The notes: generated by a model from the letters alone, not told the origin. Numbered from the stretch's first letter, positions 1 through 9,015 are shown. The stretch: DNA of 64,000 nt from Thermodesulfobacteriota bacterium (GCA_049323655.1 JBMONO010000006.1:18953-82952), one strand, 5' to 3'. Numbers and translations: made by a program.

Positions 1-2
1 GC

Positions 3-164
3 GGCAGTTTACGCGCCCGCCTGGAACGCGAAGGTGCGCCCCTTGCCCTTGCCGACCTGGAAATAGCCGCCATTGCCATCGCCAATGGGTTCACCCTGGT
101 CAGCGGCAATCTCCGTCATTTTGAGCGCATTGCCGAACTGAAAACGGAAAACTGGCTCACCTGA
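3..164 (+). CDS. vapC: PIN-domain toxin, VapC/FitB family, C-terminal fragment (5' end outside window)
   Basis: Frame 3 is open from the window edge to TGA at 162-164. The translation ...RARLEREGAPLALADLEIAAIAIANGFTLVSGNLRHFERIAELKTENWLT is a typical VapC C-terminus. It is absent from the ORF track because it has no start codon. Confidence 0.6.
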   Translation, partial: GSLRARLEREGAPLALADLEIAAIAIANGFTLVSGNLRHFERIAELKTENWLT

Positions 165-169
165 ATCGC

Positions 170-793
170 TCATTGAGTGAAACTTTCGGCCAGCTGGCAG
201 GCCAGCAGCGACCACTTCTCAAACCGCTCCCCCCGCGTCCTGATCTCTTCCCCGCTCCACCATCCCCTGTCGTGCAGGTCCTCGCCATGCGGCCGCAGGC
301 GGACCATCTCACGGTCGATAACGCGGCTGAGATGGACCGCGCCGAGATGGACCTGGCCGACCGGATCGGAGTCATCGTTGATCCAGCCGAGGAAACGGCT
401 CGTCAGCCCGGGAGCGCACACCAGCTCCTCCTGCCGCTCCCGCGCCAAAGCGGCATGATAGGCGCTTGCCGTCAGAACGCCCTCCTCCGCATCAACACTG
501 TTGATGTGGCCGCCGATGCCCAGAGAGAATCTACCGGCCAGCCTCTCCTCCCCCACCCCGCCGCCGCGCTGGTAGACAAAGAACCGATTCGCCCAGCAAA
601 AAAGCTGATAGGGAATGAGCTGCTTGAAGTCGGGGTCATGTTCGGCCACGGAACGGGGCAGAAAATGCTGGGGCAGAGCGAGAAGCGACTCCGGCGCCGG
701 TCCCGCAAAAGCGCCCTGGGGCAACTCCCCCCCGAAGAGGTGGGAAAGATCGCCGCGCAGCAGGCAGAAAACCTCTTCATCGCCGGCCATCAC
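170..793 (-). CDS. Nudix-fold hydrolase-like protein (divergent Nudix box)
   Basis: FFVYQRGGGVGEERLAGRFSLGIGGHI...ALARERQEELV resembles the Nudix beta-strand/GG-h core, and the REx2EE catalytic helix is retained with an enlarged loop. Start is GTG 793 or ATG 790, overlapping the cad1 stop (TGA 790-792), which implies translational coupling. Confidence 0.5.
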   Translation of the reverse strand: MMAGDEEVFCLLRGDLSHLFGGELPQGAFAGPAPESLLALPQHFLPRSVAEHDPDFKQLIPYQLFCWANRFFVYQRGGGVGEERLAGRFSLGIGGHINSVDAEEGVLTASAYHAALARERQEELVCAPGLTSRFLGWINDDSDPVGQVHLGAVHLSRVIDREMVRLRPHGEDLHDRGWWSGEEIRTRGERFEKWSLLACQLAESFTQ

Positions 794-2763
794 TGCTCCC
801 TTGGAAAAAAGTCATCGAGCAGAAGGGCAAAAACCGCATCGTCTATCTCTTTCAGCAGCCTGTCCTTTTCGTCTTTCGGCAGGAAGGCGGCCTTGAAGGA
901 ATTTTTCGCCAGCCGCAGGATTTCCCAACGGGAAAGACCGCCCTCGGTGAGCCGGGCGGCATGGAGATATTCCTCACTCAAGGTGGTGCGGGAGATGCCC
1001 CGGTTGTCGGTGTTCACCGTCACCGTCAGCCCTTTATCGAAATAGGCCTTCAGCGGGTAGACATCTCCCGTTTCATCGCTTCCATCGAAACAGAGGAACC
1101 GGTTGGTCTGCACGTTGGAGGACGGGCACATCTCGATGGCGATGCCGTAATCCCGCACATAGCCCATCATCTTTTCGTTGTTGATCAGCTTGAGGCCGTG
1201 GCCGATGCGCTTGGCGTGGAGCAGGTAAAGGGCCTGCCAGATCCTGTCATCCTCCTCCATCTCCCCGGCATGGATGGTAATATTGATGAAATGGCGGTGC
1301 AGCGGCATGAAACTTTCCTGAAACAGCATGGGATCATTGTCCTTTTCCTGACCGGCCAGATCAAAACCGGTAATGCGGGGGGTGCCGGTCGCGCCGTCCG
1401 GTCTGCCGAAGATGACCGCCGCCGCAACGTGCGCGTCCATGGCCGCCTTCTCCTTGTGGCGGGTGGCCATGATCAGAAAGTTGACATGAAAGCCTGCATT
1501 CGCCGCCATGAAAGAGCGCGCCTCATCAAGCAGGGTTTCGATGACGTGGAGGATGGACAGCCCCGCCCTGGTGTAGTTGTCCGGCGAAAAGCGCACTTCC
1601 AGGAAGCGGACGTTTTCCCGCCGGGATTCTTCCATCAGCCAGCGCAGGGCCAGCCGGAGGGTTCCATCGGTTTGCAGCAGATTTGAACCGCCGAGATCAC
1701 CGCAGGCCATGTACCAGCGGAGACGGTCATCAGGGGCAAGATCATCCGGTTCATGCCAGGAAATTTCGTTGATGCGGGCGCTGGAAAGAGAGTTGACCAG
1801 AACGGCGGTGAGGATGTGTGGCGGCTCGTCACGCCCCTGAAACAGCACATCGAGATTCTGGAGGGGATGGACAACCTGGTTGCCTTTTTTTTCACGCCGC
1901 AGTCGCAGCAGATCAGACCCGGCAAGGACGGCCAGAGGTTTCCCCAGCCTGTGCTCCAGAGCGGTTCTGATGGCCTTGCAGCTCTCGGCGGTTATACAGC
2001 ACTCTTCGAGCAGCTTTGCCGCCAATTCCTTCAACAACACTGCATCAAAGGCGCCGCCAAGGTGACAGTGCAGGTCGGCCTTGGGTAAGCGCCGCAGCCA
2101 GGCCAGCTCCTCATCGCTCTGCGCCGGCTCGACGCCGAGCCGTTCCCGCCGCAGCCGGTCGATGATATTGGCCGGGAGCAGATAGAGGGAACGGAAATTG
2201 TCGCCAAGCTCATCCTTGATGATGCGGGCGCGGCGTTCCTCGGAAAAACGGCGGGCGGAGGTCCAGAGGACATGAAAGGATTCCGAACAAGCACGCTTTT
2301 CCTTGTTGCGGTCGGCGGTGATGGTGAGATAGCCCCGGCAGCCATAGAGCAGCCCGGCCTCGATCAGTCGCTGGGTGACGGGTTTGCGGCCGCCGGAGGA
2401 GATGATGAGATCATCGGCGGCCAGGGATCGCACCGCCTCATAGACAAGCTGCCGCATGGTCTCGTCGTCTTCGCCGCAGGTGATGTCATTACAGGGCAGA
2501 TCAATGGGGTGGAGAGCGGCGGCGAGGCCGGGATAGTCCGTGCCGACAATTTCCCGCAGTTGTGCAAGGGAGTCGACCACCCTTTGCTCTTTCGTGCAGA
2601 TCAGATAAACAGCCACCAGTTCCTGGCCGGCGAAGTTTTTCCGGATGGCGGCGGCCTCCTGCTTATAGCGATACGTCTCCCCCCCGTTGAAAAAATCGAT
2701 AAATTGCAGAATGAGGTCAGGAGAATAGCCAAGCGCGGTGATGAGTTTCAGCGGCCGTTGCAT
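790..2763 (-). CDS. cad1: CARF-domain adenosine deaminase (Cad1-type CRISPR ancillary effector)
   Basis: The N-terminal Rossmann-like CARF part carries LIISSGGRKPVTQRL. The C-terminal adenosine/AMP deaminase motifs are KADLHCHLGG, IHAGE and TVNTDN. 657 aa. Confidence 0.8.
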   Translation of the reverse strand: MQRPLKLITALGYSPDLILQFIDFFNGGETYRYKQEAAAIRKNFAGQELVAVYLICTKEQRVVDSLAQLREIVGTDYPGLAAALHPIDLPCNDITCGEDDETMRQLVYEAVRSLAADDLIISSGGRKPVTQRLIEAGLLYGCRGYLTITADRNKEKRACSESFHVLWTSARRFSEERRARIIKDELGDNFRSLYLLPANIIDRLRRERLGVEPAQSDEELAWLRRLPKADLHCHLGGAFDAVLLKELAAKLLEECCITAESCKAIRTALEHRLGKPLAVLAGSDLLRLRREKKGNQVVHPLQNLDVLFQGRDEPPHILTAVLVNSLSSARINEISWHEPDDLAPDDRLRWYMACGDLGGSNLLQTDGTLRLALRWLMEESRRENVRFLEVRFSPDNYTRAGLSILHVIETLLDEARSFMAANAGFHVNFLIMATRHKEKAAMDAHVAAAVIFGRPDGATGTPRITGFDLAGQEKDNDPMLFQESFMPLHRHFINITIHAGEMEEDDRIWQALYLLHAKRIGHGLKLINNEKMMGYVRDYGIAIEMCPSSNVQTNRFLCFDGSDETGDVYPLKAYFDKGLTVTVNTDNRGISRTTLSEEYLHAARLTEGGLSRWEILRLAKNSFKAAFLPKDEKDRLLKEIDDAVFALLLDDFFPREQ

Positions 2764-2897
2764 GAACGTTCACATCAGGATGCCGTTGTCAAAAAATATA
2801 GTCATTGTCAGGATAGAGTAGCGTAACAATCCGTGTGGGTCAACTGGAAAGCAGCTCTTTCCATATTTTTTTGATGGTTTCGCAAAACTGATGGTTT

Positions 2898-3004
2898 CGT
2901 AAAAAGTCTTTTTTCACCACAGAGCGCACTGAGGACGCAGAGAAAAAATCTTTAATTACAATTAGTTACTTCTGTGCGCTCTGTAATGGAAAAAACTTTT
3001 TTGG
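2898..3004 (+). repeat. MITE-like intergenic repeat, copy A
   Basis: CGTAAAAAGTCTTTTTTCACCACAGAGCGCACTGAGGACGCAGAGAAAA...TTAATTACAATTAGTTA...CTGTGCGCTCTGTAATGGAAAAAACTTTTTTGG. The ends are inverted and the sequence is shared with the other copies. Confidence 0.85.
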
Positions 3005-3037
3005 CAACACCAAAATCCCGTATGCGTTGCACGCCTT

Positions 3038-4156
3038 TCACCACGCCAGCCGGATACGGTCACGGTCGATGCGGATGCCGTAACGGGTCTCGGGCCGCTC
3101 GCCCTGCGAACTGATCTCAAGTTCCGCCACATGGGCCTGGCCGAAGGTGTGCAGGAGGTCTTTACGGATTTTGGATTTGTAGGAATTGAAATTCACCTTG
3201 GAGAGGGAGCTGATACCGGTATCGCTCATCTCGCCAAGCAGGCGACCACCGGGAATACGACCGTAGATCACGGCGATCGCCGGGTTGCCGATGATCGACT
3301 CGGCGGCGAGAAAGCAGTCATGACACCCGGCGCAGGGGTGGGGTCGCGGGCAGTTTTTTTTCTGCTCGGCAAAAAAGGCGTACAGGGCGAGGCGGGCCGG
3401 GTGCAGATCGAGCTCCGTGCCGTTATAGATGAGCTTGCCTTCCGTCAGATTGATGACAAGGATTTTCGGGGCGTCGCGGATGAGCGACTGCAGCAGTTCG
3501 GCCGGCGGCCGGGGCTGATCGAGCATATCCGCGGCCAGCAACGGCCGGATGGAGACAAAAGGGATGGTGATGAGCCGGATTTCCGCATACCGGGTTTCCT
3601 TGATCAGCGGATTACCATTTTCATCCCGCAGGGTGACAGGCACCGAGATGCGAGGCGGGTACCAGAAATCCCGGCAGCTCTCGAACTCCGGTGAAACAAG
3701 GACATGGAGAATGCGGTCCTGAGGCCGGCCGTACAGTTGAGCCGCCAGGGTCAGACAGGAGGTCATCGTCTTTCTGCCGCCGGCCACCAGAAACCACAGG
3801 GCCGTGTCATCCCGCCGGGTAAAATGAAAGGCGAGATCAAGGCAGGTCTGGAGCAGGATTTCATTGTCTTCGGGGGTGATGATGTCCTCCACCTCGACCC
3901 CGGCCGCGGTCTTCAGGGTATGGATGTTACGGATCGAACAATCGAGGGTTGCCGGGTCGATGGCAAAGTCGGCGAGCAGAACGTCGATCCGGCGGCAGTC
4001 CGGATCGAAAAGACCGGTCAGCAGCTTTTCCTTGCCGCGCCGGGTGGTGATCATGTGGACGGCGTGGACCCGGCGGCCCTCGTGCAACAGGGCATAAAGG
4101 GTTTCGGTAATGACCTGGGGCGAAAGACCGACAACGGCAAGCAGGATGTTTTTCAT
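3038..4156 (-). CDS. CRISPR-associated CARF protein, NE0113 (TIGR02584-like) family, with a Cys-rich wHTH-like C-terminal half
   Basis: The N-terminus MKNILLAVVGLSPQVITETLYAL and LVAGGRKTMTSCL are the signature I associate with the Cas_NE0113 family. The C-terminal half has LHPARLALYAFFA and CPRPHPCAGCHDC. There is an ATGA overlap with the upstream cas6-like gene (4153-4156). Confidence 0.7.
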   Translation of the reverse strand: MKNILLAVVGLSPQVITETLYALLHEGRRVHAVHMITTRRGKEKLLTGLFDPDCRRIDVLLADFAIDPATLDCSIRNIHTLKTAAGVEVEDIITPEDNEILLQTCLDLAFHFTRRDDTALWFLVAGGRKTMTSCLTLAAQLYGRPQDRILHVLVSPEFESCRDFWYPPRISVPVTLRDENGNPLIKETRYAEIRLITIPFVSIRPLLAADMLDQPRPPAELLQSLIRDAPKILVINLTEGKLIYNGTELDLHPARLALYAFFAEQKKNCPRPHPCAGCHDCFLAAESIIGNPAIAVIYGRIPGGRLLGEMSDTGISSLSKVNFNSYKSKIRKDLLHTFGQAHVAELEISSQGERPETRYGIRIDRDRIRLAW

Positions 4157-5133
4157 GGCGTTTTCGAGACCGTCACGCTGATGCGGCCCAGCCCGAAGGC
4201 GGTCTGTTTGCCGAGATGCGCGGTTACGCAGTAGTGCAGCAGAGGCAGAAATTCACTGAGATCGCCGCCCTGATAAAGAAGCCGGCCCATTACTCCACCA
4301 AAGAGCATGCTGCTTTTCTGGCGATTACTGTAACGTTCATAATCGACCCAGCGGCTCTCTGCGGCGACCAGCTGCACGGCGTCGGCGCGGGCGACGATGC
4401 CGCGATAGTCGAGGTTCGGCTCGCCTTCGCCGTAGGCTGCTTCGAGGCTGGCGACCCGACGCAGGGCGGCCCGGATGACGACATGAAATGGCAGCCGTTC
4501 CTGCAGACCGTTGTCATGCTTGAGCCGCAGCGGGGTCAGGCAGGAAAGGGCGAGCATGTCATTATCCTCCGCCGCGACCGGGGCCAGGTCGAGCCGCGGC
4601 ATGGCGGCCGGCGACCGGAGAACGCCTTCGGCAAAGACAAGGTCATCGCCGAGCCGCACCGATTCCAGCAGAAAACGGCCCGGCTCGCGGTTTCTCTTGC
4701 CGAGCCCCTCCCGGCCCGCCTCCTGAACCGCATAAACGACATGGGGCAGATAGTCGTTGGCCCGGCCGAACAGCAAAAGGCTGAAGCAAAATGAATCTCC
4801 TTTGCCGTAAAACCGCTTTTCCTCATCCGGCGGCATCAGGACATAGGGATGGGGGCGATGGGCGATGCGGGGCCGACCGGACCGCTCCCCTTCCGGCTCG
4901 CTGGTCTCGAAAAAAAAGGCATACGGGCAGCTGACGACGAGCAGGCAGTCCTTGCAATCCTGCCGCCGCAGCGCACAACTGATCCGCCGCAGTGCATGAC
5001 CGATCCCGCCCCGCAGGGTTGACCCCTTGAAAACCGGCAGAACGGCGTCCGTTTCAAACCGGCAGAAAAATGTATAGCGTCCCGCTCGCATGGCACCTTC
5101 CGTTTTTTCAGAAAACATTGAGAGCTTATCCAC
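4153..5133 (-). CDS. cas6: Cas6-like RAMP endoribonuclease (Cys-rich pfam10040-type)
   Basis: VLPVFKGSTLRGGIGHAL, Cys cluster CALRRQDCKDCLLVVSCPY, RPHPYVL, and a C-terminal glycine-rich loop HLGKQTAFGLGRI typical of Cas6. Confidence 0.6.
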   Translation of the reverse strand: MDKLSMFSEKTEGAMRAGRYTFFCRFETDAVLPVFKGSTLRGGIGHALRRISCALRRQDCKDCLLVVSCPYAFFFETSEPEGERSGRPRIAHRPHPYVLMPPDEEKRFYGKGDSFCFSLLLFGRANDYLPHVVYAVQEAGREGLGKRNREPGRFLLESVRLGDDLVFAEGVLRSPAAMPRLDLAPVAAEDNDMLALSCLTPLRLKHDNGLQERLPFHVVIRAALRRVASLEAAYGEGEPNLDYRGIVARADAVQLVAAESRWVDYERYSNRQKSSMLFGGVMGRLLYQGGDLSEFLPLLHYCVTAHLGKQTAFGLGRISVTVSKTP

Positions 5134-5152
5134 AAATAAATCTTGATAAAAT

Positions 5153-5267
5153 CGTAAAAGGTCTTTTTTACCACAGAGATCACAGAGAAAATATTTAAAT
5201 TACAGCTAGTTACCTCTTAGAACTATGTAGACTCTGTGGTTGATTTTCTGTTTTTACCCAACCATCA
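5153..5267 (+). repeat. MITE-like intergenic repeat, copy B (diverged)
   Basis: CGTAAAAGGTCTTTTTTACCACAGAGATCACAGAGAAAATATTTAAATTACAGCTAGTTA...GACTCTGTGGTTGATTTTCTGTTTTTACCCAACCATCA. Confidence 0.75.
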
Positions 5268-5458
5268 ATCTTTTGTGCTTGCATCCGGCTTTTGGCCGCA
5301 ATGCCGCACCGTACCAGCGGTTTTTGCGGAAATCACGCCCTGCAACATTGCCTGAACCGCAGCCCCGCCGCCTGACAAAATCATTTTTATCGTCATAGCA
5401 GAAATCCTGACGCAAATCAACCCCCTGCCCTATATCCGGACTGGGCTGTTTTCCCGCC

Positions 5459-5487
5459 TTGACAGGGAAGAAATTTGAAATTATCAC
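5459..5487 (+). promoter_or_regulatory. Candidate sigma70-type promoter for the hsp20 pair
   Basis: TTGACA (5459-5464), a 17-nt spacer, then TATCAC (5482-5487), about 45 nt upstream of the hsp20 start. Confidence 0.4.
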
Positions 5488-5531
5488 TTTTTATCATGCC
5501 GGTTATCCCTGCACATCACGGCAAAGGAGAG

Positions 5532-5981
5532 ATGACCATGTTCAGAAAGCTGAGCGAGATCGACCGAATATTCGGCACCATGGATCTTTTCAAAAACCAG
5601 ATGAACCGTTTCCTCGACGAGCTTGACAGCGGCCGGGCCCATTTCAACCAGGGCAGCGGTCGGCCCCGCACCAACTTCTTCGACGCCGGCAACATTCTCT
5701 ATGTCTACCGTGAAATGTCCGGAGTGCCGGAGGAGGATCTCAGCATCAGGCTGCACAACAATCTCCTCACCATCGCCGGGCAACGCCGACTCACCCTGCC
5801 GGAAGGCTACACCGTGCTGCGTCAGGAGCGAAACGACACCGCCTTTTCCCGCAGCTTCACCCTGCCGGTGGAGATCGATCCGGAGCAGACCACGGCCCAC
5901 CTGAAAAACGGCATTCTCACCGTCAAACTGGTCAAGGCGCAGGTGGCGGAACCGAAAAAGATCGTGGTCCGGGCGGCATAG
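5532..5981 (+). CDS. Hsp20/alpha-crystallin small heat-shock protein
   Basis: Alpha-crystallin domain: NILYVYREMSGVPEEDLSIRLHNNLLTIAGQRR...FSRSFTLP...AHLKNGILTVKL. AAGGAG at 5524-5529, so the start is ATG 5532 or 5538; the track ORF start at 5475 is probably too early. Confidence 0.85.
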   Translation: MTMFRKLSEIDRIFGTMDLFKNQMNRFLDELDSGRAHFNQGSGRPRTNFFDAGNILYVYREMSGVPEEDLSIRLHNNLLTIAGQRRLTLPEGYTVLRQERNDTAFSRSFTLPVEIDPEQTTAHLKNGILTVKLVKAQVAEPKKIVVRAA

Positions 5982-5987
5982 GAGGGG

Positions 5988-6371
5988 ATGATGGCAGAGC
6001 AGAGAGAAAAGACGGCAGCGAGTGCCGAGAAAAGGATTGAGGAAGGCCGGAGCGAGAGTCCGGATGTCGATATCTATGTCAGTGACGAAGAAATTCTGCT
6101 GGTCGCCGATCTGCCTGGCGTGAACCGGAACAATCTCACCATCACCCTGGAAAACGACACCCTGACCATCGAGGCAAAGTCCGTCGTCGAATTTATCGGC
6201 AGCCCGCAGCGCCGGGAATTTGACCAGGCGGAGTACCGCCGGGTCTTCACCCTGCCCAAGGGTCTCGACCGTGAAAAATGCACGGCCGACTTGAAACTCG
6301 GGGTACTCACCCTGCGGTTGCCGCGAGCAGGGGCCGGTAAACCCTGCCGGATTGCAGTCACGGGTGAATAA
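5988..6371 (+). CDS. Hsp20/alpha-crystallin small heat-shock protein (second copy)
   Basis: DIYVSDEEILLVADLPGVNRNNLTITLENDTLTIEAK...FTLPKGLDREKCTADLKLGVLTLRLP. GGAGGGG RBS precedes the ATG. Confidence 0.85.
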   Translation: MMAEQREKTAASAEKRIEEGRSESPDVDIYVSDEEILLVADLPGVNRNNLTITLENDTLTIEAKSVVEFIGSPQRREFDQAEYRRVFTLPKGLDREKCTADLKLGVLTLRLPRAGAGKPCRIAVTGE

Positions 6372-6562
6372 TTCCAGTTTGCCTTTTCAAGCCGGCGCCT
6401 TCGCCGCTTTGCTGCTGTCGGCCGCGCTGCGCGGCTCCTCGCCGTACTCATGTACGGTCTCGTCGCTGCTCGCTGGACTTTACACCCCGGCAAAGGTTTT
6501 TTTGCGGGACACCCCGCATGCTTCCTGGAATGTCGATTGAAAGCAATTCAGCGCAACCACCG

Positions 6563-7696
6563 TTACTCGTCCTCTTCCGCCGCCCCACTCTCCGGGGATT
6601 GCTCGTTCTCCTCGTCGATCTTGCGCAGTCCGTCCATCAGCAGTTTCATGAACGGGGCAATGGGCGGGGCTCCCATCTCTTCCAGCGACAGCGACGAGGT
6701 AAAGGTGAACCGCCCCTTCTGCTCCTTGAGAATGGCATAAATGGCCTCCGGACCGTCGAGCTCCCTGAAATTTGCCCGCACCACCTCGCCTTCGCTGAAC
6801 ACCACGGTTGCCTTGCCGCTGTCGAGATATAACTCCAGCACCCCGGTCTTGACGTTTTCATTGAGCATTTGAAAGATCTCCGACGGGGTAATCTCCAGTA
6901 ACTGCCCGGCAAAGGCCAGGGACTCACGCTCTGACTGGCTGACATTTGTTGCCGATAAGCGCTGGACCAGCAGGCGGGTAAAGGCCATCTGCAAAAAGGG
7001 ATGCCGGATGAGGATGTGACTCAGGTCCTTGCCGCTCAGCATAAGGACCTTGACAGGCTCCTCCGCCTTGATGGTGGCGCAGACCGGCTTACCGCTGAAC
7101 AGGCTCATCTCGCCGAAAATCTCGCCGCGGCTGAGTACGGCGATGGTCTTGCCGTTCTCGTCAAGCACAGCCACCCGGCCGGCTACGATGAAGTAAAGAT
7201 GACGGCCCGGATGGCCGCGATGGAGAATGACCTTTCCGGCCGGAAAGGTCTCCATGGTGAGGCAGGAAAAGATATCTTTGAGACTGCCCTCTTCCAGGGT
7301 GCGGAAAAAGGAGAAGGTGTTCATCATACTGAAGAGCGAGCCCATTTTGCGTGACTGCTCCCGGTTTTCCACCGCCGCCAGCATGCGCATCTGTGGGGTA
7401 TAGAATTTCGTTTCCTGAACATGGACAAACTTGATCAGCCCGGTGCAACCGCTGCAGTTGAACTCTTTTTTCGGTTTTTTCCCTTCCTGAGGTTTGGCGC
7501 CTGGCCCTGTATCGGCGGCGGCCTCCATCTTTTCGACGACGATCTCGGTGATTTCACGGGCGAGAAAGAGACAGGCCGGTTTGCCCGGCGGCGGTTGCAG
7601 GGCAACGCCGGACAGGCTGAATTCCTCTCCCTCCTCGTAGAGAGGGCAATCCTTGGCGTCAATGATCTTGAATTGCGCTTCCAGCAGGTTTCCCAT
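6563..7696 (-). CDS. Cyclic-nucleotide-binding domain protein with a DUF4388-like C-terminal domain
   Basis: cNMP-binding fold: FPAGKVILHRGHPGRHLYFIVAGRVAVL...GEIFGEMSLFSGKPVCATIKA. The C-terminal part ITPSEIFQMLNENVKTGVLELY...GEVVRA is DUF4388-like. Confidence 0.65.
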   Translation of the reverse strand: MGNLLEAQFKIIDAKDCPLYEEGEEFSLSGVALQPPPGKPACLFLAREITEIVVEKMEAAADTGPGAKPQEGKKPKKEFNCSGCTGLIKFVHVQETKFYTPQMRMLAAVENREQSRKMGSLFSMMNTFSFFRTLEEGSLKDIFSCLTMETFPAGKVILHRGHPGRHLYFIVAGRVAVLDENGKTIAVLSRGEIFGEMSLFSGKPVCATIKAEEPVKVLMLSGKDLSHILIRHPFLQMAFTRLLVQRLSATNVSQSERESLAFAGQLLEITPSEIFQMLNENVKTGVLELYLDSGKATVVFSEGEVVRANFRELDGPEAIYAILKEQKGRFTFTSSLSLEEMGAPPIAPFMKLLMDGLRKIDEENEQSPESGAAEEDE

Positions 7697-7760
7697 GATT
7701 GTCGCGTTTCTTCCGTCAAATCGGGTTGGCAGCGGTTCGGCGCGCCCGGCCTGTCACCAC

Positions 7761-8642
7761 TTATCGCATCAGGGCGACAATGGTGGCAAGCGCATAACAG
7801 AAAAGCCAGCCGCAGGCGAACAGCCGGGCCCGGCGCCCCCAAGGGCGTTGTTCATCGAGAAAGGCCAATGCCGCCAGCAACAGCAGCGGCACCATGACGC
7901 CGGCCCAGAACGGGTGCATATAGCGCAGCAATTCCTGCAGGCCGAGAAAAAACCAGGGGCCGGCAATATGAAAGACCCCGAGCTGCATCGGTTCCATCGG
8001 GGCCTGCCACCAGAGAGCGATCACCAGCATGAGAACGAGCAGTCCGCCGTGCTCCGTCACCCGCACCCGGTAGCGGCGCAGATGGTCCCAGGCGAAGATC
8101 AGCCACAGCACCGCCAGACCGATGACATGGTTGGCGTACACCCGCTGCAATCCCTCCTGGCTGATGGCAAAGAGCAGGGAATTTATTGTCTCGCCGATAA
8201 AGGGGATGGCCAGACAGATGTTTTCCGCGATCAATCCGGCCGCCTCGCCGGTTGCGTCGCCCCGCAGCACATACCCGGTAAAGAGCAGCAGCACGGCAAG
8301 CGGCATGGTGACGATGAGCCAGAGCCATCTGCGCCGGGACAGGCGGCGCTCCCTTCCCCATAGAATAGCAAGAAGATGGACGATTGACAGAAGAAAAAAG
8401 GCCTGGCTCGAATAAAAATGCAGAGAACGCCAGAATGCCCCGAAAGGAATGAGCAGATCCAGGGAGGCGGCCGAATAAAAGGGGTGCTCGGCATCATACT
8501 GCCAGGCCAAAACAATGCCGGAGAAGACCGAGACGTAGAGGGCGATAAGGCTTTTCCCACCCCAGCCGGTGTCGAGAAAGCGCTCTTTGAGCCGCACGGC
8601 CGCCTCAGAGGGAGACGATATATCCGGATTTTTGCGGATCAC
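7761..8642 (-). CDS. Cytochrome b (bc-complex type) membrane subunit
   Basis: Multi-TM protein with RSLHFYSSQAFFLLSIVHLL, a cytochrome b N-terminal-domain-like heme-ligand helix. GTG start overlaps the end of the Rieske gene. Confidence 0.65.
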   Translation of the reverse strand: MIRKNPDISSPSEAAVRLKERFLDTGWGGKSLIALYVSVFSGIVLAWQYDAEHPFYSAASLDLLIPFGAFWRSLHFYSSQAFFLLSIVHLLAILWGRERRLSRRRWLWLIVTMPLAVLLLFTGYVLRGDATGEAAGLIAENICLAIPFIGETINSLLFAISQEGLQRVYANHVIGLAVLWLIFAWDHLRRYRVRVTEHGGLLVLMLVIALWWQAPMEPMQLGVFHIAGPWFFLGLQELLRYMHPFWAGVMVPLLLLAALAFLDEQRPWGRRARLFACGWLFCYALATIVALMR

Positions 8643-9015
8643 TCAATTTTTCCACCGGGAAAAGGGGCAGGTTTTTCGTGGCCGGCCCGTCAACCCGTTC
8701 GCCTTTCGGGGTGAATCGGCTCTGGTGACAGGGACAGATGAGCTGATGCTCCTTTTCACTGTAGTTGAGCCGGCAGCCAAGATGGGTGCAGGTCCGGGAA
8801 ACCGCCCATGCCTGCTTGTCGTCACGGAACAGGGCAAATTCCGGATCGAGATAGACATCGCCGGGGTTCATCAGCTTTTCAACCCGGACCAGGCGCGGCT
8901 TTTTCGGGACAGTAAAGCCGACAAAACGCAGCAGCGGATAACAGAGGACAGCCAGGGCGGCCAGCCGGATCCAGTCCCATCCCCTGCGCAGAAATCCCCG
9001 GCGCTGCTCGTCCAT
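8605..9015 (-). CDS. Rieske [2Fe-2S] protein with Tat-type signal anchor
   Basis: CTHLGCRL...CPCHQSRF Rieske boxes. N-terminal RRGFLRRG twin-arginine-like motif followed by a hydrophobic helix. Confidence 0.85.
   Translation of the reverse strand: MDEQRRGFLRRGWDWIRLAALAVLCYPLLRFVGFTVPKKPRLVRVEKLMNPGDVYLDPEFALFRDDKQAWAVSRTCTHLGCRLNYSEKEHQLICPCHQSRFTPKGERVDGPATKNLPLFPVEKLSDPQKSGYIVSL

Noticed and set aside
5254-5487. 77-aa minus-strand ORF between repeat B and hsp20.
   Set aside because: It has no RBS, an odd composition and no motif, and it overlaps the candidate hsp20 promoter. It is probably non-coding.
1-5500. Searched for a CRISPR repeat-spacer array around the cas6-like/CARF/cad1 genes.
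   Set aside because: I could see no 25-40 bp direct repeats with regular spacing. The only repeated elements are single copies (A, B) of the window-wide MITE-like family, which are not a CRISPR array.
6504-6517. Hairpin GCGGG-ACAC-CCCGC between the convergent hsp20 and cNMP-binding genes, considered as a bidirectional terminator.
   Set aside because: The T-run lies upstream of the stem on the plus strand, which places an A-run downstream on the minus strand. That is the wrong geometry for an intrinsic terminator in either direction.
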